Below the pieces are notes generated by a model. The model was not told the DNA's origin, made no database searches, and saw only the letters and a program-made list of their open reading frames with translations. Position numbers and translations under genes: made by a program. A stretch of DNA of 64,000 nucleotides from Takakia lepidozioides (Eukaryota > Plantae > Bryophyta): assembly GCA_030704615.1 (NCBI GenBank), contig CM060731.1, positions 65,224,001-65,288,000 on the forward strand. Direction: 5' to 3'. Of this stretch, positions 13,793-24,354 are shown in pieces. Every line of letters starts with the position of its first letter. Within the stretch, counting starts at the first letter, position 1.

Positions 13793-14644
13793 GAGGTTTA
13801 CTATTTCACGAGCAGAAACCATGAGCCATGAGCCATGAGCCGCATGAGCCGCATGAGCGGTGAGCCGAAGTCTAAGATACGCGGATTTCATGAGCGGACT
13901 CCTCCAAATTTGGAAATGCGGCAGATTAAATAAGTATTAAAATAATAGTTTTTTTATTTGACCTTGCCGTTTTTGGACGTTCCAGATCATGTAATGCGGC
14001 GAAGATATGTCGTCAAGAACAAGTCCACTCATGGGTTTTTAGATCCGCTCATGGAAATAAGTGACCGTGCAACGGGAAATCCAGTATACCATTGCAAAAG
14101 GACGTCGCATACTGGCCTGTATAGAGTATTCCGCGATTTTACATGCCTTAACATTGGAATGAAGCTGACCCTTTTGCCGCGATTGAACCAATGGAGTCTG
14201 CACCAATAGAGTCTGCAGTACTTCACAATTCTGTCTTCTTCGGGTATTCGGCGGGAAAGGTTTGCAACTGAACTGGGAAATAAGGTGCCGCATTAGGGTT
14301 GGCACGTGCGAAATTTCGGAGCGGTTTGGTGTTGGCGAAGGCCGCCTCTACCAGTACCTACGACGATACTTGGAAATGCGGCGCCGCATTTCCTTGTCGG
14401 AGGTCGAATGAGGAAAGCAAGTTTTCGGAAAGCAGAAAAACATGAACCCTCCAACATACAAAAATACATGCACGTGGAAACAAGTGAACGATATAATAAT
14501 ATCTTAGTTCGAGCAAAACAGGTTACTGGTAGGCAAGACATATGTCGGACCTTTCTGTGGCCAGAGTCTGAGGTACTGGCAGCAGTACAGTTCTACTATC
14601 CGAAAAGGATGGGCGTACCATTGTATTGGGACCGCAAGCCAAGC

Positions 14645-17600
14645 TCACTGGTCCCCTGGATCCATATTCAGAAGAGTGTGAACCTCCTGGGGGCTCAACC
14701 CTGGTGCATGTATGAAGTGATGAGTTGTGGAATTACAACGGAGTCTCTTTAGGTACACGTAGTACAAATGCTTGCAAGGGCAGTATGATGCCCCCTTGTT
14801 CGCCATGATCTGGAAGTCGGTGCAATTGCAGGTGGGTAATTCTGAAATGGTGATGGTGTACACCTCATTGCGAACAGTTGAGCCTGCCGTGGCCATCTGA
14901 TACACACGCCCGAATCCTGGTGGGGGCACTTCTGTCGAGCTCTGGATTGTACAGTTCATCCGAAGTGCATTCCCCATCCTTGTCTCGTTCACTTTTGAGG
15001 GAGGTCGCCGCCTCTTCGGTTTCCCCCAACGGTGTGTAGGATGCTTAGAGCTGTCGTGTCCCATTGTTCTTGCTCTCACAGGGGTTGGTGGTGGAGGCTG
15101 TGGAAGCGGAAATGGTTGTCTGGGGACGTCAGTGCGCTGCACCATCCGAAATCCTGCGGCGGTAAGGGCGTCGGCCTCAACCTGACTCAGATCGCAGCCT
15201 GGTTCCACCGGCCACACCGGGGGAGCCTCTGGCATTGTTTGTATGCCGTACTTGGGCTTTCCATACACGCAAGTCATAATGTCGTGCCTGCAGAACCAGA
15301 ACTGGGTGGTTGTCGCCTCCGCAAACTTTGCATGGACAAATCTTCCTGTAAAAGTAGGAGCAGGGACAGCCCCATCTGGATTCCTCCTTATCATCTCTAA
15401 ACAACGTTGCCGTGTATCCACACGAATTGCGGAACACCTTCCTCGAAACGACGGCTTTGTGCGAGCAATTCTCCACTGTGATGCAGACACAGTCGTCTCC
15501 ACAATGGCTTGGCCATACTGCATAACAGCGGGCGGAATCTGGGGCAAGGGAGCGGTGGGAATTTGTCGCACGAAATCCCCGGTTGAAGGCGCCGGCGATC
15601 TGGAATTTCTTGGGCTTCCACTGCTGGAAGACACATTGTGCGGCAACATGACGGGACCTCGAGGTGCTGTCCGAATGTTCATGTCGGATCTCCAGGAATC
15701 CTCTTTGCACCCGGGTTCCTCTTCAATCCTCCGCCTCACAGGGCGAGTCCGGACGTCCCCCTCTAGGTGTTCACCTCTGCGGTGCAGAGGCGTCCCTTTG
15801 ATCTTCTCTCGCAATGCTGTCGCCCATTTCACTGGATTCTTGGACCTCGAAGCTTTTCGTACCAACAATTCCTCCCTGTCCGGCCCAAAGCCCCATTGTT
15901 TGCCGCTCAGGAACTTGTAGTACGTGGCTTGCTGCATGATTGCTCTGTCGATGTCCTCCGTTGTGGCCGTCACTACGTCCACCAGATGTGCGGCAGAAGA
16001 CGCTCGCCAGGAGGAGTGGACCGATTTTGCCATATTCGTGTTCGGCATGTCCGTGTTGGAATCCAAGCACCGCTCCTAGAAGGACACAAACAATGGTGAG
16101 GGACCAATCGAAATGTCCGTAACAGAAAGACAAATGAACGAAATTGACAGCAGCCTACCTCCCGCATGTACTGTCCGAACTGTCGATACCGAAAATGCCA
16201 CCACCCCAACCAGCTGTGCAATGCTCCCAGATTGGTTGTCTCCACTGCACCTGACGTGTTCCACCAAGCCTCGATGATAGCAAACTTAACCTCCGCGTCA
16301 TCAAATGTGGGTGCATCCTTCCACGCCGTACAAAGGACACGGTGTTCAGCCTGGAATGAGCTAGCAACAAATTTGGTAGTGTAGTGGGATAGACTCTGCA
16401 TCCAATGGAATCCACAGGATCTCTCTTTCCCCTCCATTGGAACATTGGGGTCCTCACCGTACACACGCCGCACCGCTCCCCAGTTGGCCTGAGCGTTGTC
16501 TGCCATGAATCCCCTGAAATTGGGCTCTGGCAATCCCGCCCTTGCCATCTGCTCGTTTATGCCCTCCCACAGATGCATCTCGGACTGTGTGTCCTCCCCT
16601 TTCATCTCGCAGATTGCAATCGTCATGAGCCTCTTGGAGTGATAGTCATAAACATGCGCACCCATAAGTCACCCACTGATGGTTTGTAATTCGCTTGATG
16701 TGATCAAACATCACCCAAGCATTCGACAAGTTTCCAGTTGTCATGCGAGTGACCAAGTCGACTCCACTCCCAGGCCCACACGTCGACATTTTGAAAATGT
16801 AACAACGATCGGATTCGCTGCCTTGCCCTGGAAACCTGCTACCTTGGATGTAGTCATATCCAGTCATTCGTTTCACCTCCAGGATTGAGTACATGTCCGA
16901 CCCCCTGCCGAACTCCTGCTTGCAAGATACGATGTGATTCCGCACATTCGGACTACAAACGTGCGAGACGGACTCCAAGAGGTCACGCATCTCGTCTTCG
17001 GTCAAGGGCTCTCGGTCGGAACCATCTTCAGACATTATTTTGCCAAGAGCAATATTGTGGGCTGCCTTCAGCTGAATCTGCTTTGGTCTGGCTCCGGGGC
17101 TCAATTTCACCTCCTCTTTTATGATGTCGTGTGCTTCCTGGACAGCCTCACGCATGTTGCCTCTCGCCAAGGGGTGGCAGTGGACCCCAACGTGTATGCA
17201 AGCTCTAGTCAAGTCCGGGAGCAAATGGATTACGTAATATTGCTTGGCTCTGCACATGGACATGCACGTCGGTGGTTCTTTGCAATGTGCACACCTGAAA
17301 GAACCCGCAGGAGCTTGGCTGGAGACAATGAATGGATGATGCGTTGTGCCAGTCCAATCCGTCTCGTTTCTCCGCCCTCCTTTGGAGAGAAAGTGGAAGC
17401 AGGTGGGATTGAGGCACCTCAGCTTCCCCGCACAGAGGACATATCGTACACGAACACCATCAGCAATTTTCGTGCTACTGGTCTTCGTCACACACCAGGG
17501 GTGTCCGTCATGCTTTCGATCCATGTCTGTTAACATCCCGGAGGCTTTCTTTGACGAAGAAACAGGTGGAAACTCGAAGATGACATTGCCATCGACTTCG

Positions 17601-18042
17601 GGAGGCAGAAAAGTTACCTTTCTGACTGGGAATTTGGCATAGTCGAGAGCAGCCAGCTCGGAGCGAGAACCTCGAGGTGATGTTGTCGTAGGAGCTGCAC
17701 AATGGACCGGGTTGGAGTTATGCTCGAGGGCACATGCGTAGCACCTACAGAGACGTCCATGCCGGATTTGAACGACCGTGTGGAGGACATGGGTACCTCA
17801 ATGCAATCATCTTCCTCGTCGGAAATGTCGAATACGTCCACACGAGAAGCTATGGAGGGTCTTGACGGTCCAGGTCGGGAATGATTATCGTTGCATACTC
17901 TCTGTTGGCAGTGGCCGCCTCTCGGTTTCCGGACTCCTTTGTGGATGGTGTGGGCAGCGACTAATTCGGAAAGGGAATGGGCATTCCCACAGCTCGGTAC
18001 AGGATGGTGTCTGACGGGGGAACGTGCCATTCGATTCCGCAA
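14645..18042 (-). pseudogene. Element A transposase (GCM-like zinc domain, MULE-type DDE, SWIM finger), frameshifted
   Basis: DGHPWC..CAGKLRC; FDHIKR, FMADNAQAN, CGFH, NMAKSVH; CNCTDF...CKH. Collinear with the 24355-27870 protein, intron at the same position (~16077-16157). Frameshifts near 17680 and 16660; the catalytic E position reads K. Confidence 0.85.
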
Positions 18043-18678
18043 CCTCCGTCGTTACCTAGCACGACAATGGTCTCGTCAACCTGTCCAGGAACATCCTTCC
18101 TTTCTTCTTCCAAATAAACTGTGCCCGGTTTGAGCTTGAATTTGGAACAAAGGTAAGTTTCAGTCACTCTGCAAAGTCCTCCCTCGTTTGGGATCCAGGC
18201 TCTCCCAAGTTGCGGAGGACAGCAAACTATAGCGTAGGAATTCGCAGCCATCGAACACCGCACGGAGTTGGCAAGTGCGAGGTTCAGTATAGCGACAGAC
18301 CAAGGCTCACAGGCACCATCTAAGTGGATCTGCGGAGTCCATCGACGATTGGAAGTCGCACATTGAAGTGGAAAGTATTGTTTCAAGCTACATGCATGAA
18401 GGTGGGAGGTTTGATTCCATAGCCAGTGAGTATGACAATGATGGCCGATTCGGCGACGAAATAACATCTCCTGACAGTTTCTCCTGAGGGTGGATCCAGC
18501 AGTATTCTCGGTGCAGACAGGAACGTTCGCACTGACAAGTGCCAGGACTGCTGGTTAAAACGGTCAGACAACCAAGTTGTGCTCATCAAGACTGGCCGCA
18601 ATTGTGTTGTTTCGGAACAATGCAACCCATTGAGGTTCCAGATTTCCCGTCCCGAGTGATTCTTTCGATTGCTGGTGG

Positions 18679-18860
18679 ACGGAAATACGGCGCCGCATTT
18701 CCGTATTGCATCTTGGTCATGCACCAGAGCGACGGAAATGCGGCACCGAGTTTCCGTCCGGGGGAAACCTTTATACTCTCCAGAACGGAAATGCGGTAAC
18801 GCATTTCCATCCAGCAAGCACGGTATGTGAAGGTGGAACGGAAATGCGGTACTGCATCCT
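18679..18860. repeat. Four ~53-bp-spaced palindromes, consensus GGAAATGCGGCGCCGCATTTCC, upstream of transposase A
   Basis: Copies at 18681, 18734, 18787 and 18840; a perfect copy also at 14372-14393. Confidence 0.85.
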
Positions 18861-20030
18861 GATCATGACCCTCGCTGGATTAGTCTTGAAACACCATTAC
18901 CTTGAGTTCAATGGTAGTTTTTTGCACCAAATTCGCGGGACGGCGATGGGGAGCAACTTTGTAGTTGTTTACGCTTGTTTGTTGCTCTGTCGGTTGGAGA
19001 TGTACATGGAGTACGTGTGCCCATCGGAGCAAGAGCTGCTTTATCTTAAGCGCTATATCGATGACAGCTTTGGCATTTGGGTAGGCTCCGAAAAGAGCCT
19101 CCGGTCCTGGTTACGGAAGTACGGTTCCATGTTCGACGGCATCAAAATCACGACCGCCATAAGCCCGACGTCCGCTGACATCTTGGATATCACCTTCTTC
19201 AAAGGAGACGACTTCATCCAAACTCGACGGCTCTCTACTAGATGTCATCAAAAACCCCAGAACAAGTATCAATACTTGCCTTGGTCCTCGTGGCATCCAC
19301 ATCACCAAAAGAAAGCTTTCGTCATCGGCAAGCTCCAACGGTACGTAATACGAGAAAGCACCATCCAAGGGTTCAACCATTTGCGACTTTTGTTTTACAA
19401 ACGTCTTCGAGCCTGAGGTTATCCGGCGGCGTTCATCCGGAGTTGCTTCACCACGATCTCCTACGACCTCAGATCCGCTCTACTCGACCAACAGACGCAA
19501 CGCGCAGTTGAGGGTAAACGGGCCCCCCTTGTTCTTAAGCTCGACTACTCTTCGTACACTCGAGCCTTGAACTTGGGGGCCACCCTAAACCCTAAACTCT
19601 AGACTCCACGAGTTGCTTCAGCAAGTCCTGGAGCTTCGGTTTCTTCCTCGAGCGATGATTAGTTGGAAGAATCCGCGAAAGCTGAGTTCATTCCTAGTTA
19701 AATCTAGAATGATAGGATGATTTTGTAGTGCAAATGTCCCTAGCATTATTAATTTTGCCTCTTTGATAGCCCTAGTGTTGATGTTAAAGTCAAAGGGTTC
19801 CAACAATTAATTTGGACCATTGACTAATTAATGCAGTCTTGACTTGGAGGCTAAATTAGTGCTTTAGTGGCATTATTATTGCCTTGGGAATTATCCCATA
19901 TCGTTTGCACATAGTGAGGGTGCTTTTCTAGCATATAAGGATAGGCTTGGCTCTTAGGACTTCATCTCTTGGTGTTCCACTGATGAGCTTGAGCAATCAA
20001 GCGAAACTAGTTTGGAATAAAACACCTTAA
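18860..20030 (+). mobile_element. 5'-truncated Penelope-like retroelement: RT C-terminal half and thumb, no GIY-YIG endonuclease seen
   Basis: QIRGTAMGS, RYIDD, LDITF, KPQNKYQYL..S.HP, RLRA*GYP (stop at the usual RGYP arginine), then MISWKNPRKLSSFLVKS; hammerhead ribozyme downstream. Boundaries approximate. Confidence 0.85.
19971..20026 (+). ncRNA. Minimal type I hammerhead ribozyme
   Basis: Stem I GGTGTTCCA / TGG(AATAA)AACACC; core CTGATGA; stem II GCTTGA-GCAA-TCAAGC; GAAA; palindromic stem III ACTAGT; predicted GUU cleavage triplet near 20010-20012. Confidence 0.88.
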
Positions 20031-20533
20031 CTCTTTTTGTGTCTCCACACTTAGAGAAGTCGAGAGTCTAGTCCTTGCCCGCCCGGGCAACTTGGATCGA
20101 AGGGGTGCTCGGCTCCAAGGGGAATCCCAACCCTTGGATACTTCTGAGGCCTTTTTTCTTTCCTAAGCACGGGCGTATAGAGCCTTCCGTTTGACGCCAT
20201 CTCAGCCACCGCTTACAATGGGGAAGGCGGCTGGGGGTATATGGTAACCGTGTTGGGCAAGCTAATTTAGCCCCGACTACACGGTTCCCCCTGTCGTACG
20301 CCCGATGGTCGGAGAGAAGGGACTTGGTTGATCCTCCCTCGAGTTCATCTCGAGCGATTAGAGGACTATGGGCATGCGCAAGCCTCTGCCGACCTAACCT
20401 TCTCATCGATGACCTTATGCGGTAATCCCTCCCATTCTTCCTTAGAGGTACGAACCTCTTTTTGAAGGTGGGGCATATAAGTTTTCCAACTAGGGGTTGA
20501 GACTTGACCCTATGTTTGTGAGTGCCTTGAGCG

Positions 20534-20735
20534 GGGGGTTGCTATTCCATGAGCTCATGAGCGGGCATGGCCCACCCATGAGCCGCAAAGTAACACACTT
20601 CGAATTTCGGCAGATTTTTTTCGGGCCAAAAACTATAAAATAATCGAAAATCGAAGATTTCCGTGCTCATGCTGGAAGCACTCCGCTCATGAGTACCAGT
20701 GTACGCTCATGACTTGGAGCCCAGGCTCATGGACC
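20534..20735. repeat. Internal degenerate copy of the element A left terminus with CATGAG subterminal repeats
   Basis: GGGGGTTGCTATTCCATGAGC resembles the TIR; ATGAGCTCATGAGCGGGCAT is the reverse complement of sequence at ~37814-37833. Confidence 0.7.
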
Positions 20736-20771
20736 GCCAGGCCAGGACATAGAAAAATTGAATTCTGGGCA

Positions 20772-21065
20772 ATAACGGCACCGAAATTATCCTAGAGGCA
20801 GAGACGCAAGCGGAATTAGGATCCGGGTTTGCAGACAGATAACGGCGCCGAAATGGGCCCCGGAAACCAAATACTCGGCTGAAGCCACCGGAGTGCAGCC
20901 GATAACGGCGCCGAAATTGGGTCCGGAAACCAAATACCCGACTGAAGGCTGGGGATTGCAACCAATAACGGTGCCGAAATTGACCTGCGGAAAGTAAATT
21001 CTCGGCTGAAGCTTCCGCACTCCATCTAATAACGGCGCCGAAATTGGGCTTCGGAGAGCAAATAC
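20772..21065. repeat. Five ~63-bp tandem units, each with the near-palindrome ATAACGGCGCCGAAAT
   Basis: Motif starts at 20772, 20839, 20902, 20965 and 21029. Confidence 0.9.
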
Positions 21066-21165
21066 CCGCCTTACGGTGAGGGAGGCCTTGCTCTCATTTT
21101 GCTCTTCACTCTTCTCTGTTGTGCCCATCTCCTCCCTGCTTTGAGTTCGTGCTGTGTCGTGAGGC

Positions 21166-23705
21166 CATGTTGTGCCCGAATCACATCTATCGACGCCAGA
21201 CGGGAGTCATTTTCCCGAAAATAACGTGGTACGACTTGGCGACGATCAGAACCATCGCCACAAAATACTCCATCATCTTTGTGTAGCCAGGAGTGTCCTC
21301 CATATCATTGCCAGTGGCCTTCCTCTTCCCCTTCCCCTGGTGGGCCTCGATCGCCTTCCTCAATCTCGTTATCTCCAGCCTTCTGGTCAGAGCAGTTAGG
21401 AAATTTTCATTAACACACTCCACAATTGTGGGTGTTTTGAGGACTTCCCTGCCCGCAATGTGCAGCGCACGGTAGGGTCTGCCAAGTGCATCCTCGTATA
21501 GTGATCTCTTCGCAGCCGACCCCCCGGAGCGCTGGCCCTTGTGAATTTTCGGACGAGGTGTGGCCCCCTGGGTGTTTTCCTGCTGGAAATCGTCGTCGGA
21601 ATCCTCCTCATCTGGCTGACTGTGTTGCTGCTTCTTCTTCTTGGGTGTGGGGGTCTTCGTCTCTTGCCCCTGTTTGTGCGTTCTTTTCTTCCTGTCCTTG
21701 GGCTGCTCAGCTGCCTGCTTTTCCATCTGCTCCTTCGCCAACGCTGCCGCCTTGGCTGACTTTCTCAGTGCTTTCTGCTTGGCTGCCTCCTCTGCTTTCA
21801 GTCTTTCCGCGTCCTTTGGTTGGGGATCCAATTGCGCCTTCATAGCCCTGGCATTTGCTTCCTTCTTCAAGTTAACCTCCGAGAGGTCAACGGTCCCACT
21901 TGGGAGATCCACATACCAGGGACAGTCTACCAAATGCTCGGCATGCCACTCCTTCGCCATTACTTCTGTGTACATCGTTCCACGACCTCCAGGTGTCTTC
22001 CACGCCAGGAAGAATGGTGGAACCCTTTGAATGGCTCCGGACGGAATGAGTGCAAAGTTTATGTACCTGCAATCACGAGGCAGTTCAACAAAAATCATTC
22101 TACCGATGCATCATGCAAGTGGAAGTTGTCAATGCACAAGGTATTTCGGCACCGAAATACGTAGTGGACCGTGCCCCAATTACCCAGAACTCACATCTTG
22201 CAGAGGTATATTTCGGCGCCGCAATATCCATCGTTGCTTAGCCAAATCATCTAAACTGCAAATAGGGGGATGCATTGGCAGCAGATTACCTGAACAGGAC
22301 ACGCATTGCCGCTTTGTCGGCACCCTTCTGCTCTTCGATGTATACGCTACGTCTTGCCTTTGCAATTTCTCTGAAAAAGAGGTTTGCAAAGCGCCCTCGC
22401 CAGGACTGCACGTAGTTCTCCATTGTCTCAGGCTTCGTCCAGTCGATTTGTAACTTGAAAGTGGTGGTGTTGCAGTCCAATTGCTCCTGGGCGTGGGTCA
22501 GTACCTGTAGCATGGCAGGTTTCCAAAACATTCATGATTTTGAAATTGCGACGATGTCCAACACAGAATAGGAGAAAATTATACCTGATGCCACCAAGTC
22601 ATCACATTGAGCCAGTCATTCATTTTGTCGTCTGTTGGCTCGATGGGAAAGTGGTACAACAGCTTCGTATTTGTATGGCCGTTCCAGATTCGCAGCCACC
22701 TCGTCTGCAACCACCTCACATCGGTCAGACAAGAACTCCAACATAAGAATCGCGAGAAGTCACAAAACAAGAATAAACACATGCTTACCTTCTCCGCCGG
22801 CTCAACACAGGACACTGCGATGTGATGAAGTTTCTCCATGGACATTTCCGGTTTCATGGGTCTGGAGTAATGCAGTCCTATCTCCGCCAGGAACTCGGCA
22901 CCAAGACCAAGGTCAGCGATTGCAACTTGCTTAACAAGTTTGGACCTGTACTTGGTCCGGGATTGCCTCCCTGCCTGCACAATATGACTCTCTATCGACG
23001 CGTCCACCTTGTTGGGGGGATCATTCTCAAAGAACTGCCTTTTGGCATAGGCCAAGTCATCCCTGATGTTCATCTGCATTCCCATACCCAGCAGATACAG
23101 TCAGGCCACGGATCCTTGCAACAAATAACATTAAATTGATACTGAAATTTGAGATGAACCTCACCGAATAGAGGATCTCCACCATGGCGTCCAGTGTTGG
23201 TCGGTACCAGGTGCGATCTGCTTTCGCTAGGGACTTCCTGTACAGCTCGGGATCGAGGAACTTTTGGAAGTCCGTCAGCGGAGCTGTCCCCACTTCTTGC
23301 ACTCTGTAGAGCGTATGTGCCAGATGAGTTTCCACGAAGGCCCTCTCTGTTACCCTGCCATGGAGAAAAAAAACAACATGAAAATATGATTTCGGCACAG
23401 CAATCCAATTTCCAGTTCATAGAGTGCATGACAGTGAAGAACATTGCCTATTTCGGCGCCGCAATAGGCAGTACACAAGGATGTAATTGTATACTTACAG
23501 ATTTATATCCGCCATGGCACCCTTCAATAGTCATCTGTCCCTGACGTCCACCTTCACGACAATGCAGTCCACCATGTAATGCCAACTGATATCTTGCGGA
23601 TGCATTTCAGCAATGTACTCTGTCCATGCAAGCATCCTGTGGTTCCCGTCCCAAACGAAGAACATCTTCCCTTCCATGTGTGCGAATGTGGGATTAGTCT
23701 TCAGA
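21166..23705 (-). pseudogene. Element A ParB-MTase gene, middle exons (inverted segment, left of the nested element)
   Basis: FFVWDGNHRMLAW, ETHLAHTLYRVQ, MEKLHHIAVS and CPWYVDLP align with exons of the 28726-34024 gene with shared intron positions; in-frame TGA at 23531-23533. Confidence 0.85.
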
Positions 23706-24354
23706 CAACGACGCAATGGCGTGAGCGTTGCACGTGAGCGCGCGAGCGTACGCTCACGCAGGAGTGACGTGGCGTGAGCGTACGCTCACGCCAGCTGACG
23801 TGGCGTGAGCCTGCACACATGCTGACGTGGCATGAGCGTCATGTCAGCATGCTGATGTGGCGGTAAATGATGACGTGGCACTGTCCGTCAACTGCCACGT
23901 CAGCATTAACATGCGCCGCCTATAACCGTGGATGGTCCTATGACCGTGGAATTAATGCAGGGAATCTTGCCTAAATAGAATCAAGACGAGCGTTGAGGCC
24001 TACAATTGCAGCATCCAACATTGTGCAATTACAAATGTTTGTTTCACTTTTACAATTACGAAGACGACAAATATCCTCACAAAGTGTGCGCCATAAAGGC
24101 TGCCACGAGAAGACTTCCTCCCTCCTCAAATAACAATGAGAGTTATGATCATCTTCAAAAGATGATTGTAGTGCATAGCGACAGCAAGACATGTAGACTT
24201 CGAACGGTGCAATGACAAATGTGCACTACCTAAAAGTTGTCACTCAGACCTCACTCCGTATAGTTGGAGGCCATATCATTGCACAGCCGACGAATTGATG
24301 TGAATTACACATTTCAAATCATGGTCATCCACATACCACATTACATAGTTCATG

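Noticed and set aside
20772-21065. CRISPR-like regular 63-bp periodicity
   Set aside because: Sequences between the motifs are homologous, so this is a tandem repeat.
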